The position numbers and the translations under genes were made by a program. Of a stretch of DNA of 64,000 nt, positions 1 to 15,300 are shown in pieces (within the stretch, counting starts at the first letter, position 1; each line of letters begins with the position of its first letter). The stretch lies in contig CM102287.1 of assembly GCA_046563655.1 (NCBI GenBank), positions 5,642,001-5,706,000 on the forward strand. Direction: 5' to 3'. The DNA is from Yuukianura sp. NJ FZ-2021. Lineage: Eukaryota. The notes under the pieces were generated by a model. That model was given only the letters and a program-made list of their open reading frames with translations. It ran no database searches and was not told where the DNA came from.

Positions 1-349
1 TCCTCTTGGTTTATGCATGAGTTGACAGTTGAGAGAAAGGGGAGAAAGTTAGGAGTTGATTGGAAGAATCAAATGAATTGATTCCCTAATGTATTGATTT
101 TCGTTAAGTATGGACAGAATTTAGCTTAAACGTTTTGGCGATTTCGAAATCGCACGAGTCATAATTTTGTTATGAAAATGATTTGCCCTCAAAATCCATA
201 ATTTCTGGGGATTTCGTAATTGTGAGTGCCACAATTCTCCGATTTCTATCAAAATTTCGGGAAGTCCGTTGCCTTCTGATTCGGTCGAATTGTTTTTAGT
301 ATATGTTTTATTGTTTTATTTATTATATTTATTTATTTACTAATTTCAG

Positions 350-3300
350 ATGAATCCAAGTTTCCGGATTCGCTTCCGAATGAGCCTTGGGGATACGAAG
401 TAGTTTGGTTTCAGTTGGAACCAGAAGATTCTTATGTTCTGCGCAATCGTCCAGCAACGCTCGTCTGTCGAGTAGCTTCAGCCCTTAAGGTATTTTAAAA
501 TTTAATTAAAAGTTAATTTCATAATTTCGAAAATTTTGAAACTTAATACTGAAAGACTGTCAGTGAAAGTGAAACTTCAAAAAAGTTGAAACTGCAACTT
601 TTTGAAAGTTGGACTTTGAGGATTAACTTTTTTGAAAATGTTTGCAGGTTTACTTCAAATGCAACGGTCAAGTGGTGCCTAATTCCAAACAAGTGTTTCA
701 AAGCTTTCAACATGAAAATACTGGAGCTCCAATTGTAAGCCAGAAGTTTACCAAATTAAAAATAAGTTTGACTTTTTAAATTCTCATTCTCTCTGCAGAA
801 AAAAAGAAAGGGAAAAGTTTATGTTCCAAAAATTTAATGGCGGAGCGAACTTTTGAAATTAATTTTTTGGGCGCGCATAATTTTACGATGCCGACACGGT
901 TATGTTCCAAAAGGAGGCCGAATAAGGATGCTCTTGATTCTGTTTTTGGCTTGAAGTCTTCATTCCGTTTCCTCCGTCCACCATAAGAACCATGGGGAAA
1001 GTGATTTCAAAAAGTCGTTAAGTGGAGACGTGCGTCTTGAAGCCACATTTCCTAGCAGCAGGAAGTCTTCACGCCTTTTTACCAACAAAAACAAAAATGA
1101 ATCCAAACTTTACAAAAGAGTCACCGCTTCAGATGAACAGTTTTTCAAAAGAAAACATTTTAAAACAATTGATCATTGAAATTCTTTAAATCAAAAGTCA
1201 CGCGTTCTGATTCAAAATCAGACGTCAGAACGCTTGACGTTTAATGAATTTTTTTTAACTTGCGAATGTTGAGTTCTTGTTTGTATTCCAGGAAACTTTT
1301 TAGAAAGTTCATAATGCTTGAATCTGTTTGTATTATTTTCAGACGGAAGTTCAGTTGAACGTGAGTCGGAAGGATATTGAGGACTTCCATGGTCCAGGAA
1401 GTTCCTTCAACTGTGAATGTGTCGCATGGAATAAACGCGGAAGTGAACGAAGTCAATCCGTTCGTGTAGAACTTGCCTGTAAGTTATCCTATTTTTCTTT
1501 GAATTCTGCAAAATCGCAAAATCTTTTAAGGAAGGATTTAGATTCTGATCTGACGAAAATGTTTAGTCTCTCCTTTTGTTCCTTTTTTAAAAACCCGAGA
1601 GCTCTTTATACGTTTTTAGGGCTTAGAATTCCGGTTGTGTTCATCATAAACTTTATACAGTTTAACTTAACTGTAAAAAAAAGAGACGCTGAAGGAAGAG
1701 AGGGAGAACGTTTATTCCTTCATGATTTTTACGACACAAATCTTCTTCATTTCATTATTATGATTTTCCTCATCTTTTCATCGTCTTCATCTCTTCCCCT
1801 TGCATTTCCGTCATCACCGTCTTCTCTTCCCATGCGGAGATCATTTTGACTAAATCCGATCATCGTATCATGAACCCGGTTTTTTCAAAAATAAAATTTT
1901 GAAAGTGGAACGTTTGCTCCAGTTTTCCAATTTTAGAAAACATGTTCCGGAGGATGGAGAGGCATAAAGTTTTTTCTGAAGAGCCCAATTTGTTCGGAAA
2001 GTAGTTTAAATTAGGATTTAGGAACTTTTGGATTTTTATTAGATTTTTTAACTTGAAAAGTTAGGTTTTTAGAAGGCTTGTTTGATCCATCCGTTCCTTA
2101 AGGGCCCCCTTAACTTTTTGACATCCTTGAGGACTAGAACTTACGTTAGAGGCCTTAGGGGTACTTATTTTCTGATCTTCTGTGAATTGGATCATAATTT
2201 AGGCCGTAAGTGGTTGAGAGCGTAATCCAGGACATTGGAAGTTTAGCGTTAGCTATTAAATGTGAAAGCATTTCCTACAACCTACGCTTGTTGTATTGAG
2301 CATTAGTTGTTTGAGCACATTACCATCTTAACGTTAGGAGCTAAGGAGGCAACAACTACTGCCTGGATACTGCCAAAGTATTATTTCGGAAACAGTTTCT
2401 GCAGCTGAGCTCCACTTTTTCTTCTTTTTTCGTGTAAAATCCTTTTTGAGAAAAAAGTTTGTTTGGGAGGCGAAGGCGAAGCTGTAGTTACTTCCGTCGC
2501 TGCACTTTTGTGGACTGGGAGAAAGTTGGCGTGATTAATGTGGTCGATTTCAATTTTTCTTTGGGAGAGAAAGGGCGGGAAGTCTTAGAAAAGGTTTTTC
2601 ACAGGGAAAGATTAGTTGTACCCTATTCTAACTTGGTTTTGGAAAGTCTAACTGTGCCTCTCTCCTCTTCCTTTCCCGGGAGAAAGTCAACGTTCAAAAG
2701 TCAAAGGCCATAAATAAGATGAAATTTCAATCGTGGATTTCTCCCCTTTTCTGTTCACAATTGAATTGTTTGGATTTCACTTTTTGTAAAATCACAAACA
2801 AAAAACAAGCAGCACATGCCCGCTTTCCTTTTCCGAGTAAAAAAAGAATCAGGGTGTATAAAGCATGGAGAAACAAATGAATTAAAAATGGGGAAAAAAC
2901 GTACAACGGATATTATTATTAGAAAATTAAATTAATGCTATTCCATCTATAGTAAGGTTAGGTTATGTTAGGTCTATTTTTAGAAGGCACAAATTTGTAA
3001 AAATTCTATACCCTTTATGGACCGCTAACATAGAAATTAGTAATTTTTTTAAAATTTTGTATATAAACGAAACCTAATGGCCGCTTTTGAAAAACTGAGT
3101 TTTCCCAGAATCGTCGAATGGAAGAGAAAAAAAACAACAAAAACAAAACGTGCCTTCTAAAAATAGATGCAATAATAACACAGGTAGTCCAATAATTATT
3201 TACCATTTGATGTTGCCTTTGAAACTAATTTTAACATCATCTTTAAAAGTACACTTGAAAAAATTATCTTCTAAACGACGCGGAAGTTTGGAAAATTAGC

Positions 3301-6300
3301 AATTGATCTGTAGCATATGAAAAAAGAATGACGATTTACATTTACACTTCGCATTAGAGTTTTTCAAAATTTTTCTTCGAAATTTAACCTGATAAGCGAT
3401 TTACTTTCCAAGAATGAGGCAAAGTTATGCTATGTTGGATTGTAAAGTTATTGTGGATTATTGTGCTTAAATTCATGTTATGGAGGTTAGTTTTAGCTTA
3501 CTTTGGGGGGTGTGAAACGATTAATTAAAATCAATATTTAGTGCTACATATAATTAGAAGGACTGTGAATGTGATTCTATCCGGAAGGAGGGGTATAATG
3601 AAGACTGATTTGAGTTTGTGTGCCATTAGGGAGATTGGGGCAGGGAGATAGTTCCACTGAAAGTGAAAGTGGAGAAAGCCTGTAAATTGGATTAGTTTAT
3701 GATTAGGAAATTATTTGTAGAAAATGAGTCAAGTGGGTGGATGAGAATAGAGATTGAGCATTCCTGGACATTTTCCCTCCCTGTAGTAATTTCAAATGTA
3801 AAATGTATTAATAGAACCCCCACCCTCTCCAATCTTTCTTGGAACATTTCGTGGTGGGTTGACATTTGGTGGGGGAAGTTTGGTAGTGGTGGGGCTAAGG
3901 ACGTAAATGTCACGAGAGCAATAGGATGGGGTTTGTGCCCCCTAAGTTAGGATTGTCCCCCCTCCTTTCTCCTCCGTGTTCTTTTCCGTGTAATTCTATT
4001 AGCGTTGTTCCACTTGTCATCTTGTTGAGGATAATTCCATAGTTTATGGCAAGAGGAGAAAACGTTTCTAGGAACAAATCAAAAGACGAACAAATCTGGT
4101 CTTTCCCTTGCTAACTTTGTGTTTCCGAGTAACAGGGATAGGTTAGGTTACATCATGGCCTTGTTACCGTTTCGTAGTAACACTGAAAAGTAGCAGGGAA
4201 ATGAAAGAAAACGGGGCCTAATCTTCTGGAAGCAGAAGGGATCCTATGGGTATAGAACAAGAACAAACTTTCTTGTTCTGAAAACCTGCTTCTTTCGTTT
4301 TTAGTTTGGAAAACAATTGACGGTAGAAAGAAAAAGAACAACAGAAGCTTCAAAAACCTTAAAATACGACGTGAACTCCCTCAACAAAAGCTTAAAATTT
4401 GAGCTCTGATCTTCCCTGAACTTTTCTGTCTCATAAAACACAAAGTTTATGAAATGAAACCGCCCCCAGAAAACTTCAAATTGAAAAACAAAACTAATTT
4501 TTTGCACCTTTTTTTCAAAATTAAAAACACTAAACACACCGAGATGGATTCGAACCGCCTTTGCATTTACTGAAGAATCAAGTTAATTTTGAATTTTTTC
4601 CACCATTTAAGCTGAAGCTTTTGGAAATGTTCGTGTTTAGGCGGAAGACTTCAAACAAGACCTTGATTTTTGTAAAAACTAAGCTAGGATATTGAAATTC
4701 TGTGGAAGTTTTTCGGAAGGTTAGTGAAAATGAAACGGAGAAAGTAGTAAGTGGTAGTCTGTAATTAGGAGATGCAGAGATGCGCTACTAATTGTAATAG
4801 ACTCAACTCCTGACTCTAAACTTGTTTCTTTCTCTAACAAACTTACTCTAGTCGTTCCCATCTTCTTTTGTCTAGAAAAGCGAATTAGACCCAAGATTTT
4901 AATGGAAATTAGAAGATGATGATGAAAGTTAGTTTGTAAAACTGGCTTTCCAACTCCATTATTTGCCCATCATCAAAATCCCTCATTTTCCCTGTACTAA
5001 CCAGTGTTTGTGTGTTCGGTGCACGTTTTGAACACAAACTGTTTTTCCTATTATTTCCTCAAAAAGTTAACAACGGCTCAAAGAACAATATCTTCCTGTC
5101 TTGGTTCAATCTTGTTGTGGATTCTTTAGATGGTCTTCCCAACATCAGAAAAGGATTGAACAAAACAGAAGGAAAAAGAGACACGAAAGTTTTATTACAT
5201 TTTAAGCAATACGATTATCCGCTGCCTCCATTTTCCTTTTAGGAAGAGAAAAAACTTGTTTTCCGCCCCATTGCATCTCGGCTTTTTATTATTTATTTCT
5301 CCTAAACACAATAACAAAACCACCTCCTCATCTTCTTCTTCGTTTTGATGCAATTTTGTTTTGTTTTACTACAAAAAGGGAAAAAAAAGTCACAAAAAAG
5401 TTGTTTTTCTACACATTTTTGCTGAGTTTTCTACAAAAACGGAGAGAGAAAAGCCTAACCTGGAGAAAAAAGTTTTTGTTTCATCTTTTATTGTGCGGAA
5501 AAGAGAAAGCTGTGTGGAGAATTTTCAAATTCTAAAAACGTACATGCAATTTCTGTGGTCGCAGATGGTTTCCTCGGTCTACAGGCTGCCTTTTCCTCGA
5601 AGATTTGCGGAGGAAAGTAGGTTTAAGTCTAAGGTTTGAAGAAATTTTTTTGGTTAGGTTTCCACGTCTTAGGTTGGTTAGGTTAACCTAATGCAGCACG
5701 TCCACGATGCACCGTACGTCGTACCGCATGAATGAAAACACAGTGAAAACTCATTTTTAATAAAATTATGCTAAGTAAGTGCCTGTTTTTGGTTCTTCTA
5801 ACCAAGTAATATTAGGAATCGCTTATTAAATTGAAACTCATTATGCGCGTAGAGAACTTTCTGTAATCAATATGAACACAATAGAGACATTCATCTCGCA
5901 TCTTGCGTGACGCTTTTGGAAGATCCTCCTTCTATAGTGGTACATTCATCCATCAATTCCTTAATCTCATCTTCCTTTTAGTCTACAGAAATTTAAGAAT
6001 CTCATTAGGACCAAGTTAGGCTAAACCTAAGTTCAAACAACGCCTAGCTCCTGGAAGGCTTCTATTCGTTTGGTGTTCAAAATTTCGAAAAAATTGAAAA
6101 TGCAAAATCTAAAAATCGGCTTTATTCCTAGTCAAGCTTTCAATAACAGCAGTCACTTTTTGGAATAAAGATTTTCCGGAAGAGGCGTGTCAAATCTGTG
6201 GATCTCCTCCACTATCTACTGTTTTTCCCATGGATTTTACCACTTTGGTTTTGTTCTTTCTCGGAAGTAACTTACTTTGCATTGGTAATTTCGTTAGCCT

Positions 6301-9300
6301 ATGGATTTTTGGAAAGTTTTGTGTGCAGTAAGAGCATTAGTCCGGAAGAACCAAGTTGCAGCATGGGAAATACCGTCACTCTTTTAGCATAAGGGCTTCC
6401 CTTGTGTCAAGCCTTGACACTTTGGAATATGAGGATTTAATGGAAAGGGGTACTGCACGGAGTGTCAGAAATGCGTTGATACATAATTCAAACCGGGAGA
6501 GGGTAGAATCCGCTTTTCTGCTGAGAGAGAGAAATGTAATATTGACGGAATTGAAGTTTTTGTTGAATATTTGAACACTTTGAAAACACAAATTTTGAAA
6601 ACAGAAGAAGCAAGACAAGGTTTGGTCAGCTTCCAGCAGTACTGCTTACGAAATGGAGAGCGTCTTGAATTAATGAGCTTATTTTCCATTTGTTTCCTTC
6701 TGGTTTAATGCACAAACAAGCAGAAGCAGTTGGGTAGTTCACACCTTTCAAGTTGGAAATTCAAGTATTTGGCCAAAGGATTACATAATTTAGGGTGCAC
6801 AGGGTTCAGAACACATGAAAACTTAATGTTTGGAAGACTCGTTTAGAACAGGACTCGATGGTTGTTTTAGAACAGCATTTGTGGATGTTTAGAACAAGGA
6901 AAGAGACGCTGGTTGGATACTGGTTGTGTTATGTTGCATTAGAGTGGGTTGTTCTGGAGGGTTTTTAGTGGATTGATGATAATTGAATGGAAGAGAGAGT
7001 AAATATTTGCAGAAGTTGTTTGTGTCTGAAGATGAGTCTGATTGAGTCATAACTGGGACAATGGGAACAATTGAATTCAATCTACTCAATTACTCACAAA
7101 ATTTAAGTTGTTTTTGGTCCTTTCACTCCCCTTGATCTTCAATTTAATATTGCAGAAAGCAGAATTTTTAGAATGTTTATGCCACTTTTGTGTTGGATTA
7201 GAAAAATATTGACTTGACGCCTACTGAAAACTTTATGAGCGAATTCTATGCTTTGTAGTTCAAAAAAAGCTGATGTTTCGAAGTCTTGTCGGAAATTTTA
7301 AAATTACAACTATTTTTTCATTAAAAAAAACGAATTTTGGGGATAAGGAACAACAAGAGCTGAGATTTTGGACAAAAAGTTCATATGAATTTTTGATTTT
7401 TTTTCAGTTTTGAAAAAGTATTTTGAGCAGTCGCCCTACTCGAAGAGCGTGGAGATGGACTCTCAAACGGAACTTCGGTGCATTGCTCCCGACGGAATGC
7501 CGCATCCCGCGATCTCTTGGCTCCGGGACGGGAGAGTCCTGGAGCGCGGAGATTCAGCCAATTCAAATCACATCATTACGACAGACGGTCACTTTCTCAT
7601 TGCTCAGACGAAACTGTCGGATATGGGGGTACATTTCAAATGAATTACACATATTCTTTTACTACTAACGTTTACTTCTCCTCCAGAACTACTCCTGTGT
7701 CGCTGAGAACATTGCCAGTCGACGTGTCAGTGAACCAGCACTCCTCACGGTCTATGGTAAGCATTTCCCAGCATCTCCTTCATCTTTTATGTATACGATT
7801 GACGACTAAGCAAACAGCAGGGGGACGCACAGGGAAAGCAGACTTTCACCACCACCAAGAAATCATGATCATAAAAAGTGCTGAGAATTACATACGTAAC
7901 GGAACGACTCAACAGTTTCCATTTCATTGAACTTGCATTGGAATGCCCTTGGGCGAGAAAGTTGGCAATGGAAACCAATGGCTTCATATGCGAAGTTCAT
8001 AACTTTTGATGACGCGCCGGGGAACCACTTCCGTCCAAAACTATTTCCAAAACGAGGTTTCAGATTTCAAAATTTTAGTTTTTTATATATTTCCTTTTTG
8101 CATAGAAAGAAAAAAAATGTGTCGCCAAATGTCAAAATTTGGCTTCCAAGGCATCTTGTTTTTTCAAAATGAGGTCAGTGACCTTTATGAGCAAACTTCG
8201 ACTGCTCATGCGCCATTTTTTATTTGTATTTTGGCTCATTTGAAATTCTGCTCTTTGACCTGTTTAGCATTTATCCCTCCAGTTTTTCTGGAAGAGAGTT
8301 TCGGGATAAGAATTTTTGTGGAAGGAAGCCCATAACTCTTGGGAATTCTTCTGGTGGAGAAAGTTAAGGACGAGTTTTATTTGAGAGTCAATGGGAAATT
8401 GGCGTGGCGGAATGAGGCATGTAATTAAATGCGTAATCGTAGGGGATATTTATGGACACTTTTTCCGGCAGAGATGACTTCTCTCATCATTTTTACTTTA
8501 TTCTTAAGTATTCAGGATGAGCCAAGTACTAAACTTTAAAAGTTAAAAACATAGCTATGAACAGATGAGTTAGTAGTACTAAGAAGAAGAAGGGTTTATG
8601 AGCTAACAAAAATTTTCAAATAAGATTCTAACTTTTTTAAAACTTGAGGAATATGAAGGAGGATGAGCAACCTCATTTCCTTACGATCTTGGCAAATTAT
8701 GGACGCACAAGAGTCGTTTTTTGGAGGCAGAACATGCATGAATAATTGAAATTGACATTTATGAGGAACGTTATTGAGTAAAAGTTAGTAGAACAAAACG
8801 CTAGTCTAAAGTTTGAGCTGTTTGAACTAATCGTAAGTGGAAGTTTTCAAAATTCGGTTTTCCAATTCCACGAACTCCCGGAAATGAAAAGTTTTCATTA
8901 TTTTTGTTCGAAAAGCGTGCAATTTGTATTAAAGTTTCGGAATTTAAGCTCCTTTTGTTTTTCTAACAAAAACAAAGTACGAAAAAGGAAATTAATAGAA
9001 AAACGACAACTTTTCCTCGAAAATTCGGAAAAACCTTGTTAATTTGTTTACAAATTTTGCAATAAAAGTTCTGAGAGTTTGCCAAAAAATCGAATTACGA
9101 TAAAACTTCCACCGTTCCTCATCAATTTTCAAACCCAAAATTCTTTGTTCACTGAAATTTTAATACACAAAACCGTTGTAGTCGTCGAAAAAGTAAGTTC
9201 AGGAGGGAACTGAACAGCACAAATTTTACACGTGTAATCCATCGGATTTGTTCAAACAGAACATCGTTCCAGTACAAGTATTTTGGCATCCAAAGTGCAA

Positions 9301-12300
9301 ATATCCTGAGAAATTGGTTGTTGAAGATTGGAGATATTTGATTTCCTGCTCCCTGTTACCTAACCCATGTTCCTCAACCTCATAAAATGTAAAGAACCAC
9401 TCCAAAGTCCCAGTAGGGAATCCGCTCTTCCATCATAATCTTCTTATTTACATTGGAACACAGCAGTACTTCCAGTACAAGTACGTATAAACTGGGAATA
9501 AAGTGATGGAGGACCAACACAGTTTGAAGCATCTGCACCGTGTGCCGTTTTGAAGAAGCTTGTGCCTTGATGAGGTCTCAGGAGACCTTAGCTTGCCAAA
9601 AAGCAGCAGCAGAAGGTTCTAAAGCTAAAGACGTTCCTGGGGGTGTGGAGCTAGAAGAATAGAAAATGAAGTGAAATGAAGATTGATCACTTTTGTTTTG
9701 TTTTTTCCTTGCAGTCAATGGAGGGTGGTCCCCTTGGTCCTCCTGGGGCGAATGTCAAGGTCAATGTGGCAAAGGGTTCCAGAAAAGAACGAGACTCTGT
9801 AACAATCCGGCACCGCTCAACGGTGGACGACCGTGCAGCGGCGGACCGTCGTTTCAAAAACAAGACTGCTACTTGCCCTGTCCACGTAAGGGAATATTTT
9901 TCCGAATTCTGGTATCTTACTGTTTAAAGAAGCATGTTTTAGTATGGACGGAGTCTAATGGACGAGTCACTTATGGACGGTTTCTGATGGACGTAAAAAA
10001 ATCTGTCCCAAGAATGTCCGAAAGTGGTCGTCCATGTGTAACCGCTCGGTATTGGCTCGTCCATAAGCGTCTTTTCACTTTTGTGAAACTTTTTTTTTCC
10101 TTACGCAGTCGTTTTTCACAAATTTTTGACGCTTTGTGCTTCGTCAGCGCTTTGTCAACTGAAACTTGATCTCTGGATGTGGAATATTTGTGAAATGGAT
10201 TAACTGTCAACTGAGTCACTAATTAAATAAACGTCTTCAGTCCCCCCTCAAACAGTGGGGGACACTACACGAAGTACTTTTCTAAGGGCATGGTTAGGAT
10301 TGTGCTGAGAAGCAAATTTCCCTAGGAAAAATATGTCCTTGTGAACAAATTTCTGGAGGGAAGGGAGGGAAAAACAATGTGAAAGCTTCTCTTTTTTGAA
10401 AAAAGATTAGGAAATGGAAAGTTTGGGGAAAGGAGTTTGCCACCACCCGCCGCCGCGGCGTGTCAACGCAATCAGTTTCCTCCCTTCCCTCATCCTCAGC
10501 AGTGCACAGATCAAATTGATTCCTAAATCTCTCAAGTACCCACTTCTGGAACACTTCAGTTCCCCCTGCATTTACACCAAATTAAAATAAGATCTAGATT
10601 TAGGGACAGAATAGCATATGGGAACCACTGGAGGATGCTGTGCTATCGAGGTCACATGTCACATGTTGTTATTAGATGCTCAGTTTTCATAGTTTTCTAA
10701 GAGAGCCGTTGACCCCATGGGCAGTGTTTTCTTTGTGACGATGTCTCTGGATTTAATATAACTGTCATCCAAGTAGATTGTCACCTCAAATTCAATTAAG
10801 ACTGACAACTTAATTCGCACTTGAAAATCTCAAGCTGCCACTTGTGTTTGCTCTTATTGTTTATCTGTTCGCGGGTCTGGCTTCTTATTCTGGTTCCCAA
10901 TTGCCATTCTTGGACATATTTCAACAGAAGTTTTCTAGAAACTTCTTTTTGCAGATTTCATACATATCCTATAGGTTTTCAGGTCTAAGTTTCTCATTGG
11001 TCGATTTTTGTTGTAGCGAATGTTGTGAGATATCTCGATTAGAAAAACTAGAGAACGTGAAATGTCAAATGATGCATTAGTTTTATTATTTGTTGCTGTT
11101 ATTATTTGTGTAAGGCATGTGGGTGATAAGATTTGGAGGAAATGGGAAAGCGAGTGTTGGCTGGAATGGGCGTGTGAGGAAGTTGCTTTCACCGGATCTC
11201 TTGTCCTTTGATATGGCCTTTACCTACAGTTTCTTTTAGAAATAGGGAACGTGTAGAATTCTGGAACTAGGGAATGGAACTGAATTTTTGGTTAGGTTAG
11301 GCAACATTGGATGTAATCCAATGTTGGAAGGTGGGGAGAAAAGGTAATGTGTCACTCTGTCCCACTACATCACAATCACCAGCCCGAAGAACCTACTTTC
11401 ACCCTGTGCTTTCCCCATAGTCTTCGAGATTGGATTCTGGAGGAGATCCGTTCCATTTCATTTCCATGAAGACGTCGAATCTAATCCACTTAAATGGGAC
11501 ACTGGGGCTCACCGTGAGGCCTCGACAGGTCACAGGTCACGCAGTACAAAACGCCGTTCACAACTTTCTCTGAATTCTTAGGCGGGCTTTTACCTTACTT
11601 CAGTTTCTCACAGTTAAAGGGGGGATCTATGTCTGCTATTTCATGTTGTTTTTTTTATTTCATAAACACAATTAATTTGACGCAAAGACTTTTCATATTT
11701 GTTCGAAAATGCATTTGCCAAACTTTTTTTAAGCAGGAAGAGAAAGGCGACGCTTTGGATGAATTTTTTCTTATCCCGCTGAAAATGTGAATTTGAAAAG
11801 TTCCGTTTGACAAAGGATAAAAAGCTGGAAGATTCCCAATTTTTATAATAATGTTGTTGTAAATGCCTAAGAATAAGAATGAATAAAAGGAATTGTGTTT
11901 GGCTGCTGCTGTATTGAAGATCTGATGCTGACACTCGCCTCTCTTCCCCTCTGCTCCATCTTCTTTTGAGTACTTGCACAGAATTGAATGGAATAATGAA
12001 AGGTTTCCATAAAAACATCTCAAGTGATTCCCCTCACCCATAAATCAGAACAAAAAGGGAGCACTTAAGCAACATTATGTTTATGTTCAGGATTTTGTTT
12101 AGACGCAACTAGGAAAAGGGAGGCTCAGGTTGTACTACAGTTGAAGCGCCTTTTAAAATCAAACTTTCTATCTTCCACTTTCCAACTGAGAGCTGAGAAA
12201 AAAGCGTTAGGTCTCTGCTGAGGGGTTGGATTTCATTGAAGGGAGACCGAAAAACCCGAATTCCTTTGATGGATTTTTAAACCCTCATCCGAAAAGTAAA

Positions 12301-15300
12301 CTTTGTTTCTTCAAGTGCTGTTTCCCCCCTCTGCGCCCTTAGCTGCTGCCCTTATTTTTTGAATGATGCCTTAGAATAGTCACAGTAACCTCCATCAGAA
12401 ATGGATTTGGATTTCAATGTTTTATGAAATTTTGAAATATGTTTTTCAGCTGTCGATGGGAGATGGTCAAGCTGGTCTAGTTGGTCCATTTGTGGAAGCG
12501 ATTGCAAGCAACAGCGTCGCAGATCATGTAGCAACCCGAGTCCGGCTAATGGTGGCAAGCTATGTCCAGCTGGAAAAGATCTGATGACGGCTAACTGCAC
12601 TGGAGGACTATGCAAAGGTCAATTTTTTTACTTTAACTTAACAATTTTGACATGCGCAAACGCAAATCATAAATCAACTTACCATAACCTAACCTAATTC
12701 AATGCAAAGCTTAACTATTTGCGACCAAACTGCTGTCCTCATGTGAATTCTAATTAAGTAGACTAATTGTGGTGGGTTAGGGAGCTAGAAGAGAAAGTGA
12801 GTGAAAGTTCCGCTTGTCTGGTTTCTCCTGTTTTCTCCAATGTTAGGTTAGGTTTTTGGCCATTACGTGATTCAGCGTCCCAAAGAAAGTGTAATTGGAT
12901 TAAGAAAGTAAGAAGAAGAATGGGGGACTCAAGGCCTGTCAGTTCCTTCAAAGAAAAGGCCTCTTCTCTTCTTCTAATTAAAAATCCAAGTAATGGGATC
13001 ATGCCTAAGAGAATCAGGAAACAAGCGGAATCATCTTCTCTCTTTCCTGATTTTAAGGAAAACCATTCTGATTGACTCTGGGGATTACTTTCTAACTGCA
13101 CCGATTTTTGCTTAGTTCCAGAAATTGTTCTGTAAGCTGATTTTTTTTAAACTTTCTAACTTTTCAGAAACTAATCCTTCATCTTTCTTATTCTTGATCC
13201 AATTTGTTTTCACTTTTTAATGGATTTCCATTGTTAAATTTTTTAACAAAATTCCTCACTTTTAAGTTCTACATAATTCCGAATCTAGATTTGAACACGA
13301 GTAATTCCGAAGCAACAATTTAATTTTTAAAAGTTCGGCATAGAACTTTGTTTATGCTTGGTCAATCCAATGCTGAAAAAAAAACTTTTGTAGTTGTAAA
13401 ATACGGTTTCAGTATTCAAAGAATTCTTTTCGAAAAAATATTAAATTTAGGTGTTAAATTTAAATTGAGTTAAAATGAAATTTGGTTTTTGAGAGTTGAT
13501 TCATTTAGCCTAATTGAATCACAAGAGTTAACATAGATTGAATTAGAATTAGGAACTCAGAGTTGAGAGAAACAAGTAAAAGGTTGGGACGTTTTTAGAC
13601 AGATTTTGTGGGAAAAGAAAATAAGTGAATTGCGGATTGTAAAAAAGTAAAAACACTTTTCCAGTTAGTTTTTTGCTTAGCTGAAGCCGTAAGCCGTAAA
13701 GCTGAAGAGCAGGAGAAAGTTAGGGAAGTAATTCCAGAGAAACAGAGTAAGGATTTTGTTAATCCGAATTGGTCCTGCCGAAAAGTTTTGGAAGAGACTC
13801 CGCTGGCCATAATAGACTTTCTCTCTGTTCTATTTGAAGCATTCTTCTCTCTTTAAGTTCCCTCTGTCCTCAAATTCAAAATCACAAAAGACCTTAGTAC
13901 TAAAGTAGAAAGAGGAAACATGATGAAAAACGGGGAGGAGAGAGACTGTCTTGGATTCATTTTAATTTAATGCATTTATGCATCCTAGGACATTCCACTT
14001 GATTTCCTCTAAAACTCTCCCACTGGAGAAAGTCTAGCAAGAACGTACTAGAAACCTCTAGTTCTAGTAGTAGAACCAATCTTCCCAAAAATAACTTTCT
14101 TCAACATAAATCCTCCTACCCAATAAGCTCTAAAAAGTTTTGTGAAATGATGGGAGTTCCTAAAGTGATATTGTTGACGACTGCAATTCTTACAACCTAA
14201 CAATTTTCAAAGTTTTCTCCACCGTGTTTTTCATTTCTTGACTTCAGAGGGGTGTAATTTTAAACCAATTTGAGCATTTCGTTATTTTTCCATAGTTTAT
14301 ATTGGTTTGTCAATTTTTGAAGCCTTTTTTGCTTATTACATGATTTTTGTGTAACAATTTTCTGCATTTGTTTATTTTTTGAAGTATTTTTCTTGTGTAA
14401 TATTTCTTTCTGCATTTCTTGTTGAATTCTTGGAGGTATTTATTTTATTTTTACAAATTGGAAAGCTTAGCTTGTTGTGTGTTTTTTTGAAAACCAATTT
14501 GTGCGTGGGTTATTCCAAGCGTTTTTTCTTCTAATTCTGCGTTCGTTTGCAGTGTTCATTTTAACGTTAAACTCTGTTGCGGCGTTAGTTGTTACTGTGA
14601 AAAAATTTGTTTGGTTGGTTTGATTTTTTACGAGAGCAATTTTGAAAATGAAACGAATTGGCCTAAACGTAAAAGAAGGATCGGAGGAATTGAATCATTG
14701 ATTGGTTCAATCTGGAAAGTGAAAGTCAAAGTTCCTGAACAAAATTGACTTTGAGTCCATTAGATGTCCTGGAAAAGGTCGATTTTCTCTGTTCTTTTTC
14801 CAATCTAATTTTGGTTCTACACTAGAAAACCAAAACCACTACCACAACAGAGGTAGAATTTTAGTAGCCCCGCAGCTTACGTCTTGGCTCCAAATTGTAA
14901 ACAGAAATTCTAGCCACCACGACAGAGAGAAGAAAACAACGAAAATATTTTGGCTAAAAGTTGAACCTAAAAAATAATTCCTGAAGCTTTTCCAGAGGCT
15001 TTCTCCCTGTTTACTTCTTGGTGGAATCTCGAGGTCTTTGTCCTCTGCAGAAGCTTCTCGTGCGTTAGGTTATGTTAGGCTAACCTAGTGTAGGAGCAAA
15101 CTTTCTTTGTGGAAGTTGAGAGATGCTGGAAGATGATCATTGAGGAAGACTGGAGGCATAATGTAATGGATTGCGTAATACAGTTGGCGCTTTGGGTTAC
15201 GCTAGGCCTAAGTCTAACGTTTTTTCTTATCCGAACTCTCTAGATGCTGGAATTGACGGAGGAACTGTTGCAGGAATCCCACTATCTGAATTGGATTTGG

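Noticed and set aside
4537..4560. GGTTCGAATCC (tRNA T-loop/B-box) on the minus strand
   Set aside because: The T-stem pairs poorly and no cloverleaf or A-box is visible; at most a SINE relic.
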